DNA of 64,000 nucleotides from assembly GCA_943332105.1 (NCBI GenBank), contig CALQOD010000002.1, positions 109-64,108 of the forward strand, read 5' to 3'. This DNA comes from Chitinophaga pinensis. GTDB lineage: Bacteria; Bacteroidota; Bacteroidia; AKYH767-A; OLB10. Made by a program: the position numbers and the translations under genes. The number at the start of each line of letters is the position of its first letter. Within the stretch, counting starts at the first letter, position 1. This document shows positions 28,059 to 40,200 of the stretch, in pieces. The notes under the pieces are model-generated. The model searched no databases and was not told where the DNA came from. It saw only the letters and a list, made by a program, of their open reading frames with translations.

Positions 28059-30125
28059 TTATTTCTCTAAAATTACTTTTTTAATGATTTTTTGTCCTGG
28101 TGTTTCAATGTTGATTAAATACGATCCATTTTCGAAAGAAGAAAGATCAACATTTAATGTTCCTGTATTCGCAACATTTTCTTGACGAGAAATTGTTTTT
28201 CCAACCATATCAGTTATCACAACTGTAAATGAAGTTACATTTAACTTGTTTAGAGTTAAACTTACATTGCCAGCCGAAGGAATCGGGAATACACTGATAG
28301 TTTCAGTAATTGAATTTTCACCAACGCCCACATTTTGTGTAATGTTGATGTCATCAATATAACCGTTGTTACCATATCCACTGATTGCAGTGAATTTAGC
28401 AATGATGTTAGTTTGGCCTAATAAAGAAGTAAGGTCAACAGTTTCTTGTCTCCAATCGGTTGTAGATCCTGAAACGGGTGTCCAAGCATTCGTATTTGCA
28501 GTTAAGTTTGTTGTTAATCCAGTATCATCATTTTTACCCCATAACATATTCCATGTTGTGCCGCAATCTGTTGTTGCATTAAAATCTATCTCATCGCTGT
28601 ATGCTGCGCTATATCTAACTTTTGCTACATAAAAAGTCAAGTATGCATTATTCGCACCTGCTAAAGAGAATGGAGGTAAATACAATTCATCAATTTGTCC
28701 TGGAGTACTATTGTAAAAATCAATTTTGGCAGAACCATTAGTTCCTGTTGCACCAGCAGCTACGCGTGTCCATGTGTATGAAGCATCTGGGTTATAACGC
28801 GCCCATCCAGCAGGAGGGAACGCGCCAGTTGTAAAGCCTTGAACAATTGGAGTTGCTATCGGAGCAGCAGCTACTAAAACAGGAGTAACATAAGAATCAT
28901 TATGCGTGTCTTGGTCTAAAGAAGCATTTGGATTTGATGTAGCAGTTGTAATTGTATGCGAACCAATAGCTACGTTAACAGATGGTAAAGTAATTAAGAT
29001 TGATCCACCAGAAGGGATATTTCCTGTCCAGTTGTAAGTTTGATTAGCACCTGCATCTACTTTGTATAAAATGTCGAGTGAAGTTAAGTCAGCAATACCG
29101 AAGTTAAACACATTTACAGATGGACTAATTACTGTATCGCAGTTTAAATAGTTTATTTGAGTAGCAGTAACACCAGCGTCATTTTGAATTAACGTACGGC
29201 TATATCCTGCTTGATGTACTTCTTTAGTTGCATCGTCTTGTACAAATCCAACTACCGCTAACTGAACTTGGTTGTATACGTTAGCCATTGTCCATGTAAA
29301 GTTATAAACTACAGAATCGCCTTGAACCATTGTAGATGGTAAAGCAGTTCCATTTGCATCTGGTAACATTTTTTTCATTACTCCTTCAAAATGCTTTTCG
29401 CCATTTGATCCTGGAGCTGCAGTGAAATATATGTTTCGCTCAATAATTGCAAAACGAGCAAATAACCGATTTGAGAAGGCAAGTTGAGTGTTAGCAGAAA
29501 TTGATGTTGTTGTTGGTAAGCTTAATGTGAATGTAGTATCATTTATTACCGCTGCAACAGTAGCACCTAACGGAATATTGAGTCCTGTAACAATTTGGCC
29601 CACCGAAATTAAAGTGCTTGAATCATTTATAACGGTTGTTCCAGCCGTATTTTGATAACATTGCAATATAGCATTTGGCAAAATAGAATCAGTCATTTTT
29701 ACAACCGCCGTTACGTCAACTGATGTTCCATTGATAGCATGAGAAATACTAATTGTAAAAGGAGATGTTACCCCATAACGGTTGCTGATGTCTGCTTGTG
29801 TTAATGAAGCAGGTTGGTCGTTATATACGTTACCATCTAAAATTCCATTTGGAGAATAGTTATTAGCGTAATAAGTCATTCTTGTGCTAACATCTGCAAT
29901 GTTATGTCCGTACATTGGACCAGCAGAAGGAATGTTGTTTTGATATTTAATGGATACAACTTCACTTCCATTCGCATTTAATAAAGCGTTTACAGGGCCA
30001 TTTGTTGCAGCACAAGGTCCGCAGTTTTCACTTGTGAATTCTTCGAATAATACAAGGCGCTGCGATTGGCTGAAAGCAGATCCTGTGATTAAAATCGAAG
30101 CAATAATTGCGTAAATTTTTTTCAT
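28059..30125 (-). CDS. T9SS-secreted multidomain protein: Omp28-related CGPC N-domain, Ig-like region, choice-of-anchor-J/MAM-like domain, type-A CTD
   Basis: Signal peptide, then LVLFEEFTSENCGPCAATNG. The central part has GFTTGAFPPAGWARYN...IDDINI. The C-terminus ISVFPIPSAGNVSLTL...GSYLINIETPGQKIIKKVILEK is typical of Por_Secre_tail. Confidence 0.75.
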   Translation of the reverse strand: MKKIYAIIASILITGSAFSQSQRLVLFEEFTSENCGPCAATNGPVNALLNANGSEVVSIKYQNNIPSAGPMYGHNIADVSTRMTYYANNYSPNGILDGNVYNDQPASLTQADISNRYGVTSPFTISISHAINGTSVDVTAVVKMTDSILPNAILQCYQNTAGTTVINDSSTLISVGQIVTGLNIPLGATVAAVINDTTFTLSLPTTTSISANTQLAFSNRLFARFAIIERNIYFTAAPGSNGEKHFEGVMKKMLPDANGTALPSTMVQGDSVVYNFTWTMANVYNQVQLAVVGFVQDDATKEVHQAGYSRTLIQNDAGVTATQINYLNCDTVISPSVNVFNFGIADLTSLDILYKVDAGANQTYNWTGNIPSGGSILITLPSVNVAIGSHTITTATSNPNASLDQDTHNDSYVTPVLVAAAPIATPIVQGFTTGAFPPAGWARYNPDASYTWTRVAAGATGTNGSAKIDFYNSTPGQIDELYLPPFSLAGANNAYLTFYVAKVRYSAAYSDEIDFNATTDCGTTWNMLWGKNDDTGLTTNLTANTNAWTPVSGSTTDWRQETVDLTSLLGQTNIIAKFTAISGYGNNGYIDDINITQNVGVGENSITETISVFPIPSAGNVSLTLNKLNVTSFTVVITDMVGKTISRQENVANTGTLNVDLSSFENGSYLINIETPGQKIIKKVILEK

Positions 30126-30281
30126 AAGAATATTGGTTTTTAAGTTTTGGAGGATTCTAATTGGTCGCCTAAAGTATAAAAAAGCCGTAGAAAACAGCGT
30201 AGAAAACGAAGATTTTTCATTGTTTAAAGAATAATTTCACTAAATTAGCGTCTCCAAAACAATAATTTTATCAGTTAATTT

Positions 30282-30992
30282 ATGAGAAAATATTTACTAC
30301 TACTACTATGCTTAATAGGATTAAGTTTTAATTCAAAAGCACAAAATCTGGTTCTTTCAAATTTTAGTGCTACCGTTTCTGATCCAGGAAATACAAATAC
30401 CTTAGAATCAATTGCTCGATTAGATAATAATGGTTCTTCAACAGTAAATATTGTTGTAGAGCGCGATGTAATTAATTTGCCTACCGGCATGTTTGAACTA
30501 TTCTGCTTTGGTCAATATTGTAACCCTCCAGGAACAGCGATGACGAGCTACGCAACTCCAATTGCTGCCGGTGGTCGTGAGTCGACTTTCGATGCTAAGG
30601 TAATTCCTAATGGAAACTGCGGAACAGCGACTATTCATTATCGGTTCTACGATCAAAATAATCCAGCAGATTCAACTGGATTTACATTGGATTTTGCATT
30701 CTGTACACAAGGTTTAAATGATATTTCAGAATCATACGGATTATCAAAGCCACTTAGAAATCCTGCCGATCAGTTTACTGTATTTAATTATAATTTAGCT
30801 TCGAGTTCAACAAACGATAAGTTATATATTTATAATATGCTAGGGTCGTTAGTGAAAACGGTAGATGTATTAGGTAAAAATGGTAATTTAGTTGTTAATA
30901 CCGCCGATTTAAAATCGGGATTATATATTGCTTCTTATGTATCTGAAAACAAAGTAAAAAACAGCTACAAATTAGTTGTATCGCATCGATAA
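30282..30992 (+). CDS. small T9SS type-A CTD secreted protein of unknown function
   Basis: Signal peptide (LLLLCLIGLSFNSKAQ) and C-terminal FTVFNYNL...LYIYNMLGSLVKTVDV...GLYIASYVSENKVKNSYKLVV. 236 aa. Confidence 0.7.
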   Translation: MRKYLLLLLCLIGLSFNSKAQNLVLSNFSATVSDPGNTNTLESIARLDNNGSSTVNIVVERDVINLPTGMFELFCFGQYCNPPGTAMTSYATPIAAGGRESTFDAKVIPNGNCGTATIHYRFYDQNNPADSTGFTLDFAFCTQGLNDISESYGLSKPLRNPADQFTVFNYNLASSSTNDKLYIYNMLGSLVKTVDVLGKNGNLVVNTADLKSGLYIASYVSENKVKNSYKLVVSHR

Positions 30993-31013
30993 AAAAACAT
31001 TAAAAATAGAATA

Positions 31014-31043
31014 AAGGTCAGATTAATTATCTGGCCTTTTTTT
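31014..31043 (+). terminator. Rho-independent terminator
   Basis: AGGTCAGAT TAATT ATCTGGCCT hairpin followed by TTTTTT. Confidence 0.7.
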
Positions 31044-31144
31044 ATGCTTTAAAAAATCAGGTCGTTAGACTTTTTATAAACCAGAAACGCAAAACCTATA
31101 TTCGTATTTTGTATCTTCGTAATTCATTAAAATTAGAGGAAGAC

Positions 31145-33445
31145 ATGCCAGATTTAAATCAAGAAGCGCTCGATTATCATGAGGCCGGAAGGCCAGGTAA
31201 AATAGAAGTTGTACCAAGCAAGCCAACTAGTACACAGAGGGATTTAGCATTAGCATATTCACCAGGAGTGGCAGCACCTTGTTTGGAAATTGAAAAAAAT
31301 CCAGAAGACGTTTATAAGTATACAGCTAAAGGCAACTTGGTTGCCGTAATTTCAAATGGCACTGCCGTTTTGGGATTAGGAAATATCGGCGCGGAGGCAT
31401 CTAAACCTGTAATGGAGGGGAAAGGATTATTGTTTAAAATCTTTGCTGACATTGATGTATTTGATATTGAAATTGACCAGACTAATGTTGATGATTTTGT
31501 TAAAACAGTTAAAGCAATTGCACCAACTTTTGGAGGAATAAATCTTGAAGATATCAAAGCTCCAGAGTGTTTTGAAATAGAGAAACGCTTAAAAGCCGAA
31601 TTAAAAATTCCTGTGATGCACGATGATCAGCATGGTACTGCCATTATAACAGGCGCTGCACTAATCAATGCCTTGGAGATTGCCGAAAAGAAGATCAGTG
31701 ATGTTCGAATTGTTGTTAATGGTGCTGGTGCTTCTGCCATTTCTTGTACTGCTTTATTCGTTACGTTAGGGGCAAATATTGATAATATTGTAATGCTGGA
31801 TAGTACGGGTGTAATTCGTGCCGATAGAGATAATCTTGATATAAATAAAATTCGTTTTGCCACTAAACGCAACATTCATAATCTAGAAGAAGCATTGCAT
31901 CGTGCCGATGTTTTTATTGGATTGTCCAAAGGAAATATATTAAAAGGAGAGAATTTAAAAGAAATGGCCGAAAATCCGATTGTGTTTGCAATGGCTAATC
32001 CAGATCCTGAAATAAAATACGAAGATGCAATTGCGGCTAGGCCTGATGTTATCATGGCTACCGGTCGTTCAGATTACCCTAATCAGGTAAATAATGTTAT
32101 TGGTTTCCCATTTATTTTTAGAGGGGCTTTGGATGTCCGCGCAACGCAGATTAATGAAGAAATGAAACTCGCCGCAGTTCATGCAATCGCGCAATTAACA
32201 AAAGAGCCAGTTCCTGAAATTGTGAATTTAGCATACAATCAACGCAATATAACTTTTGGGCGTGATTACATTATTCCAAAGCCCTTAGACCCTAGATTGA
32301 TTCATACAATTTCTCCTGCAGTTGCAAAAGCAGCGATTCTATCTGGCGTAGCACAAAAGCCAATTACTAATTGGACGGCTTACGAAAGTGAATTGAAAAA
32401 ACGATTGGGCTTGGATAATAAACTTATTCGTGTAATTACCAATAAAGCAAAGCAAAATCCTCAGCGAGTGGTATTTGCTGAAGCAGATACCTATAAAATT
32501 TTAAAGGCGGTACAAATAGTTTACGAAGACGGAGTAGCTCATCCGATTTTATTGGGAAATAAAGACAAAATAGTTGCTCTTATAAAAGAACATAATCTTC
32601 GCTTAGAAGGTGTTACAATTATCAACCCTAGAGAAGAGCCGGAAATATTAACGAAATTTGCGGAGTTGTTTTATCAAAAAAGAAAGCGTCGTGGTTTCAC
32701 TTTGTATGAATCTAAAAAGATTATGCAAGAGCGTAATTATTTTGGTGCTATGATGGTTGAAACGGGAATGGCAGATGCCTTAATCAGTGGACTTACCCGT
32801 AATTATGCGGAAACAATTAAGCCGGCTTTACGCGTGATTGGTACGCAAACTGAAGTTTCGAAAATGGCTGGGATGTATATCCTGATTACCAAAGATGGAC
32901 CAGTCTTTTTTGCTGATACAACAATAAATATTAATCCTACAGTTGAAGAAATTGTAGAAATAACATTACTAACTGCAGCGGCTGTACGACGGTTTAATAT
33001 TGCTCCTCGCGTCGGTTTGCTTTCTTATTCTAATTTTGGATCTTCCAATACCGATAGTGCTATCAAGATGAGAAAGGCTGTTGAGATTCTTCATGCTAGC
33101 CATCCAGAATTAGTCGTTGATGGCGAGTTACAAGCGAATTTCGCATTCAATCAAAATCTTTTAAAAGATAATTTCCCATTTAGCGATTTGGCAGATACAG
33201 GTGTAAACACTTTGATTTTCCCTAATCTTGATGCTGGAAATATTGCGTATAAATTACTACAAACTGTTGGAGGTGCGGAAGCTATAGGCCCTGTACTTTT
33301 AGGAATGAAAAAGCCGGTACATATTTTACAATTAGGATCTTCCGTTCGCGAAATTGTGAATATGATTACTATTGCTGTTGTTGATGCACAATCAAGAATT
33401 CCTATGGCTCCTTTGAATGAAGAAAAATCTTTCACCAAATATTAA
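31145..33445 (+). CDS. maeB: NADP-dependent malic enzyme (malic enzyme plus PTA-like domain)
   Basis: ALDYHEAGRPGKIEV, LAYSPGVA, DDQHGTAI and the NGAGASA Rossmann motif, then a phosphate-acetyltransferase-like C-terminal half. ATG 31145 is preferred over TTG 31109. Confidence 0.93.
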   Translation: MPDLNQEALDYHEAGRPGKIEVVPSKPTSTQRDLALAYSPGVAAPCLEIEKNPEDVYKYTAKGNLVAVISNGTAVLGLGNIGAEASKPVMEGKGLLFKIFADIDVFDIEIDQTNVDDFVKTVKAIAPTFGGINLEDIKAPECFEIEKRLKAELKIPVMHDDQHGTAIITGAALINALEIAEKKISDVRIVVNGAGASAISCTALFVTLGANIDNIVMLDSTGVIRADRDNLDINKIRFATKRNIHNLEEALHRADVFIGLSKGNILKGENLKEMAENPIVFAMANPDPEIKYEDAIAARPDVIMATGRSDYPNQVNNVIGFPFIFRGALDVRATQINEEMKLAAVHAIAQLTKEPVPEIVNLAYNQRNITFGRDYIIPKPLDPRLIHTISPAVAKAAILSGVAQKPITNWTAYESELKKRLGLDNKLIRVITNKAKQNPQRVVFAEADTYKILKAVQIVYEDGVAHPILLGNKDKIVALIKEHNLRLEGVTIINPREEPEILTKFAELFYQKRKRRGFTLYESKKIMQERNYFGAMMVETGMADALISGLTRNYAETIKPALRVIGTQTEVSKMAGMYILITKDGPVFFADTTININPTVEEIVEITLLTAAAVRRFNIAPRVGLLSYSNFGSSNTDSAIKMRKAVEILHASHPELVVDGELQANFAFNQNLLKDNFPFSDLADTGVNTLIFPNLDAGNIAYKLLQTVGGAEAIGPVLLGMKKPVHILQLGSSVREIVNMITIAVVDAQSRIPMAPLNEEKSFTKY

Positions 33446-33535
33446 TAAATAGTTAATAATTGTATTGATAAATGGGCTAATTATTCAGTCCTTTATTTAA
33501 ATATTTGCAAGCTAAAAAACCTTATTTTTGTTTTT

Positions 33536-34123
33536 ATGTACGATTATTTTAATGGTAAAATTGAAAACTTAACCCCAACTCATGTTACGATAGATTGCGA
33601 TGGCGTTGGTTATTTCTTACAGATTTCTCTTTATACATACACTGCACTAAAAGATGCAAAGCATTTTAAACTTTTTGCTCATCAGGTGGTTCGTGAAGAT
33701 GCCCAAATTTTGTTTGGATTTGCAGATCAGGATGAACGATTAATGTTTCGTGAACTCTTGAATGTGAGTGGAGTGGGCGCATCTACGGCTCGTATTATAC
33801 AATCAAGTTTAGCCCCTGATCAACTTAGGTCTGTAATTTCAAAAGGGGATGCTGGTGCTTTACAAAAAGTAAAAGGGATTGGAGCAAAGTCTGCACAAAG
33901 AATTATTATTGACCTGCAGGATAAAGTAAATAAAATGAGTCCCGGAACTACAACTGTTTTATCTGCATTACACAATACGAGCAGAGAAGAAGCGTTAATA
34001 GCTCTTCTTACTCTTGGATTTGCGAGGGCAAGTGCTGAAAAGGCGCTAATGGCTGCTCAAAAACAATTAGGAAGTGATGCAAAAGTGGAGGATTTGATAA
34101 AAGCATCACTTAATTATTTATAG
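33536..34123 (+). CDS. ruvA: Holliday junction DNA helicase RuvA
   Basis: MYDYFNGKI...VTIDCDGVGYFLQISLYTY with HhH motifs (LLNVSGVGASTA, KVKGIGAKSAQRI). 195 aa. Confidence 0.93.
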   Translation: MYDYFNGKIENLTPTHVTIDCDGVGYFLQISLYTYTALKDAKHFKLFAHQVVREDAQILFGFADQDERLMFRELLNVSGVGASTARIIQSSLAPDQLRSVISKGDAGALQKVKGIGAKSAQRIIIDLQDKVNKMSPGTTTVLSALHNTSREEALIALLTLGFARASAEKALMAAQKQLGSDAKVEDLIKASLNYL

Positions 34124-34237
34124 CAGAATTAACAAAATGAAAAATCAGGGAATGGAATTAATTTTCTGTCTCTGTATTTTGGGTAATTTAGTAACTTAGT
34201 GCCCTTAAGAAAAATTAACATCTGAGAATAAATAGTT

Positions 34238-37200
34238 TTGAAAAATATTAGGTTTTATATTTCTGTTTTGCTGGGGGTAGTAATTTTTGTTTCTCTAATT
34301 TTTTCGTATGGTCATGCGGTAGCAGAAATACACGAAAACTATTTTGTCTTTCCAAGCGATACTCCTTCAACTAGTAATGTTCCAATAATGCTTCGCTATC
34401 CATTTAGCGATCGCTATTCAGATCCGTATAGTTCACAACCATTTTTGAGCCCGCTTTATTTAAATTACCCTTCCAATATAAAAACTACTGTTGAGTATAA
34501 CCCTGAAAACAGAGAGTACGATATTTTTGAAAAAATCGGTGGTCAAAATTTCCGTAGCCCTAGCTACATGACATTTGAAGAGTTTAAAGAATCACAATTT
34601 AAGCAAAGCACTCGCGATTATTGGAAGAAGAAAGCAAATGAAGAAAGTATCACACAAAGAAAAGGATTTGCGCCTCGCCTATATGTGGGTGGTGAAGCTT
34701 TCAACAGGATCTTTGGAGGAAATACAATCGATATTCGTCCGCAGGGTTCTGCTGCATTAAGCTTCGGACTTAATATCAGTCGTTATGATAATCCAACATT
34801 GCCAGAGCGACAACGAAAAAATACAACATTCGATTTCAAAGAACGCATTCAAATGAATGTGATTGGAAACATCGGAGAGAAATTAAAAATAACTACTAAT
34901 TATAATACCGAAGCTAGTTTCGATTTTGAAAATCAAATCAAGCTAGAGTACACAGGGTATGAGGATGAAATTATTCAGAAATTACAAGCTGGTAATGTTA
35001 GTCTTCCTTTGAATACGCAGTTAATTCAAGGTAGCCAGAGTTTATTCGGATTAAAAACACAACTGAAATTTGGAAAGCTAACAGTAACGTCTATCCTTAC
35101 TCAACAAAAAGGGAAGTCTTCGAATATTGAAGTAAAGGGAGGAGCTACAACAACCAATTTCGATATTTCTGCAGATCAATACGAAGCGAATAAACATTAT
35201 TTCTTAGCAAATTATTTTAAAGATAATTATGATAATGCTTTAAAGGATTTGCCATTTATCAATTCCAGTACGAATATTACACGCATAGAAGTTTGGGTGA
35301 CAAATAAAAATAACTCTACTGATAATACAAGAACAATTGTAGGGTTTACTGACCTAGCAGAAAGTAGCCCATATAATGCATCTATTCCTGGAACAGGTTA
35401 TGCATATCCTTCGGATACACTTTCAAATACTTTATATCAAGATATCTTAAATAATTATCCATCTATTCGTGATATCAATTCTGTGCAGAATACGATGGCT
35501 TCTATTCCTTATTTGTCTGCATCTCGCGATTATGAAGTAGTACAAAATGCAAGAAAGTTAAATACGAATGAATATACATTTAATCCTCGGTTAGGTTATA
35601 TCTCCTTAAATCAAGCATTAAATACAAATGAAGTTTTGGCAGTAGCATTTGAGTATACGGTAGGAAGTCAAGTGTACAGAGTAGGCGAGTTAACAACATC
35701 TGGAGTTGAACCTCCAAAGGTTTTAATGCTGAAATTATTAAAAGCACGAATCACAAATACCAAGTTGCCATTGTGGGATTTGATGATGAAGAATATTTAT
35801 GCTTTAGGTGGCTTTCAAATTGATAAAAAAGATTTCAAGTTAAATGTGTTGTATTATGTAGATACAATTGGAAATCGACTGAACTACATTCCTGTTTCTC
35901 CTGCTGAGCCTAATGTTTATGCTAAAGCATTAAATCGTTTGTTTAACCTTGATAAGTTGAATGTAAATAACGACCCTCGTCCAGATGGAGAATATGATTT
36001 TATTGAAGGCGTAACTATCAACAGCAACAGCGGCCGTGTGATTTTTCCTGTGCGCGAACCTTTTAGTTCGTATTTGAGAAGTAGGTTTGTTAGTCAGACC
36101 AACGCAGATATTTATGCATACGATGTGCTGTATGATTCAACAAAAACAGTTGCATTGCAATTTCCTGAAAAGAATAAATATAGCTTGAAAGGAAGTTATT
36201 CTAGTAAGTTTGGTTCTGATATTCCTTTGAACCAATTAAACATTCCAGAAGGGTCAGTTAAAGTCACTGCAGGAGGACTTCCACTAACAGAAAATATCGA
36301 TTATACGGTAGACTATAACCTAGGCCGAGTAAAGATTATTAATCAGAGTATTCTGAATTCTGGTCAAGCCATTAATATTTCGTTAGAAAGTAATTCACTG
36401 TTTAGTATTCAATCAAAGACATTATTTGGTTCTCGCTTCGATTATGTAGTGAATAAAGATTTAGTAGTTGGCGGTACTATCATGCGTTTGAATGAAAGAC
36501 CTATTACTCAAAAAGTTAATTTTGGAGATGAACCCATTGCAAATACAATTTGGGGTGTTGATGGAACATGGAAACGCGAATCGCGCTGGTTAACAAAAAT
36601 GATTGATAAGATTCCAGGAGTTTCTACCAAGTCGCCATCTCAAATTACTGTTAGCGGCGAGTTTGCGGACTTGATACCGGGGAATAGTAAAGCAATTGGT
36701 AAAAACGGAACGGCTTATATCGATGACTTTGAAGGAAGCCAAACAACAATTGATCTAAAAACTAACGTAGGTGCATGGACGTTAGCTTCTACTCCGCAGA
36801 GTCGTTTTGCTGAAGCAAGATTAGATTCAGTTACTAAGGGCTATGGATTTAACAGAAGTAAATTTTCATGGTATATAATTGATCCGTTATTTTACAGAAA
36901 TCAAAGTGGTGTAACTCCTGCACATATTACAACTAATGATATTTCAAATCATTTAGTGCGTCAGATTCCCGAGAAAGAAATATTTCCTAATAAAGAGGCT
37001 CCACAAGGCCAGACGGTAATTCTTCCTGTGATGAATATGTCATTCTATCCAGCAGAAAGAGGACCATATAACTATGATGTGTTACCGTCAGCGTACTCAT
37101 CAGGTGTTGATGCTGATGGTAAGTTATTAGACCCCTCATCTCGTTGGGGCGGCATAATGCGCCGTATTGAGTCAACTGATTTTGATGCGGCAAATATCGA

Positions 37201-40200
37201 GTTCATCCAGTTTTGGATGATGGATCCTTTTAACTCTAATAGTCAGAATACATCTGGCGGTGATTTATATTTTAATCTTGGAAATATCAGTGAAGATATT
37301 TTAAAAGATGGCAAATTGGAATATGAAAATGGGTTATCGCCAACTGGAGATACTGCAGCTTCCAATAAAACAGTTTGGGGCTTTACTCCTCGTACTCAAC
37401 CACCGATTATTTATGCATTTGATAATAATCCTGACGCACGACAGTATCAGGATGTTGGTTTAGATGGAGTAAAGAACTCTTTAGAGCCATCTGTTTTCCA
37501 AGACTACTTAAGTACTTTAAGTGCTAATGTTTCGCCAACTGCATATCAGCAGTCAGCTTCAGATCCTTCATCCGATAACTATCATTACTACAGAGGAACT
37601 GATTATGATAATGCTCAAAAAAGTATTCTAGACCGATATAAAAATTATAGTCATCCCGACGGTAATTCTCCAACGGATAATCAAAGTACAGAGTCTTATT
37701 CAACTTCAGCAACTACAATTCCTGATGTAGAAGATGTAAATAAAGATTTTAATCAAGAGGCTTCAGAACAGTTTTACGAGTATCGTGTTTCTCTGCATCC
37801 AGGTGATTTGGAAGTTGGAAAGAATTTTATCGTTGACAAAATCACTAGAAATGTTTCGTTACCAAATTCTACTAATACGGATATAACTTGGTATCAATTT
37901 AAAATTCCAATTCGTGATGTGCAAGGTAATAATCCCAATATTACAAAGTATGGAGATATCGAAGGGTTTAATACAATTAGTTTTATAAGAACATTTATGT
38001 CTGGGTTTAATGAGCCAATGACTTTACGTTTTGCAAAGTTAGAATTCCTTCGTGGCGAATGGCGTAAGTATGTATACGATATGCATAGTGCAGGAGAAGT
38101 AATTCCAGGTGATCCAAATAATGGCACATTTGATATTTCGTCTGTAAGTATTGAAGAGAATGGAAATAGAACCCCAATACCTTATGTAATACCGCCAGAT
38201 ATTCAGCAAGAAACAAATATTGGTTCTACAACTCTTCAACGATTAAATGAGCAGTCGTTATCCCTAAAAGTTTGCGATTTAGAGGATGGAGATGCAAGGG
38301 CAGCATTTAAAAATTTAGGTCTTGATTTACGTTCGTATAAAAAGCTTAAAATGTTTATCCATGCAGAATCATCTGGAGTTTCTGATGATTTAAAAGATAA
38401 CGACCTTACTGTTTTTATAAGGATGGGGAATGATTTCACGGAGAATTATTATGAATATGAAGTTCCGTTGAAAAAAACATCATGGGGAGCAACTGACCAA
38501 TATGCTATATGGCCAGAAGTAAATAACATTGATTTAGATTTAAACAAATTTGTAAATCTTAAACTATCTCGAAATACGGCAGTAGATAATTCGGGTGGAA
38601 CGATAAATCTCACAAGTATATATTCTGAAATAGATGAGAATGGAAGAAACGCTATTTCTATTAAAGGAAATCCTTCTCTTAGTAGTGTACGTACAATTAT
38701 GATTGGCGTGCGTAATCCAAAACGAGACCCTGCTAATTCTAACGGTGACGATGGTACGTCAAAATGTGCAGAGATATGGGTGAATGAATTACGTCTGACA
38801 GATTTTGATAAAAAAGGCGGTTGGGCAGCCACAGGTCGTGTAACAACAAAGTTAGCAGACATTGGAAATGTTGCTTTAACAGGTACGCACAAATCAATTG
38901 GCTTTGGCAGCATCGAGCAAAAAGTAAGTGAGCGCAGAAGAAGCGCTGAAACATCTTTTAATGCAACATCAACCATATATTTGGGTAAGTTCTTGCCTGA
39001 AAAAGCAAATTTAGATATTCCGCTATATGTGAACTACGGTACCATAGTGAATAACCCTCAGTACGATCCATTAGATCAAGATGTGCCATTTGCAGATGCT
39101 TTAAAAAATAATCAAACAGCTGCTGATAAAAAAGAATTTAAAAAACGCTCACAAGATTATACTAGAAGTAAAGGAATAAACTTTACTAATGTGAAAAAGA
39201 ATAGAAGCGGAAGTGCTAAGGCAAAAGTGTATGACATTGAAAACTTCAACTTGACGTACGGCTTCGATGAAGTTATGCATCGTGATATTAATATTGAATA
39301 TGATATAATAAAAACACATAGAGGCGCAATTGGATATAATTTTAATACAACTCCGAAGTATATTACTCCCTTTGCAAAAGCTACATTCCTGAATTCAAAA
39401 TATTTAAAACTTGTAAAAGATTTGAATATTAATCTTGTACCAACAAGCATGAATTTTAGAATGGATGCACAACGCGTTTACGGAGAAAAGTTATATCGTA
39501 ATAATACTGGCTATGCAGATATTGTAAGGGACACGTTCTTTAATAAGAATTTTGATACTCGTCGTGTTTATGATTTTAAGATTGATATTACTAAATCTAT
39601 TAAACTTGATTTCAACGCAAATAACTACGGAATAATTGATGAGCCAGAAGGCAGAATTGATACGCAACAAGATAAGGACTCTATTAAGAGTAATATATTT
39701 GGAAAGAATTATTTGCTTGGAAGAAATAAACAATATACGCAAGCAGGAAATGTATCTTATCAAGTGCCATTAAATAAGTTGCCTCTTACTGATTGGGTTT
39801 CATTAAATGTTAAGTATGGATTTAACTATAATTGGCAATCGGGTCAGTTTATTCAAAATACAACAACAGGTGCCTTTGGCGTTGATTCACGCACGGGGAA
39901 TACAATACAAAATTCAAATACAAAGCAGGTAAATGGAAATTTTGTTTTGACTACTTTGTACAATAAAGTTCCGTTTTTAAAGAAAATTAATTCACCTAAA
40001 CCACCTAAAAAGTTAGCAGTAAAAACGGAGCCACCTAAAAATCCAAAGGATTCAATTCCGGGAATGAAAGCACCTAAGGTTAAAGCGCCTAATACAATTC
40101 CTGATGGCGTTAGATTCTTAGGTCGTATGATAATGGGTGTAAAATCTGTTGGGTTTACATACAGTGAAACTAACGGTACTGTACTACCTGGATATGTTAA

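Noticed and set aside
34233-34240. TAGTTTTG, matching the Bacteroidetes -7 promoter consensus TAnnTTTG, upstream of sprA
   Set aside because: It overlaps the only start codon (TTG 34238) that preserves the SprA signal sequence, so it cannot be both promoter and start. I did not find convincing -33/-7 pairs elsewhere by eye and therefore list no promoters.
38449-38976. 175-aa ORF antisense within sprA, with several 60-97-aa antisense ORFs nearby
   Set aside because: These are embedded in the 7.2-kb sprA reading frame and have no recognisable motifs. Chance antisense frames are typical in a long gene.
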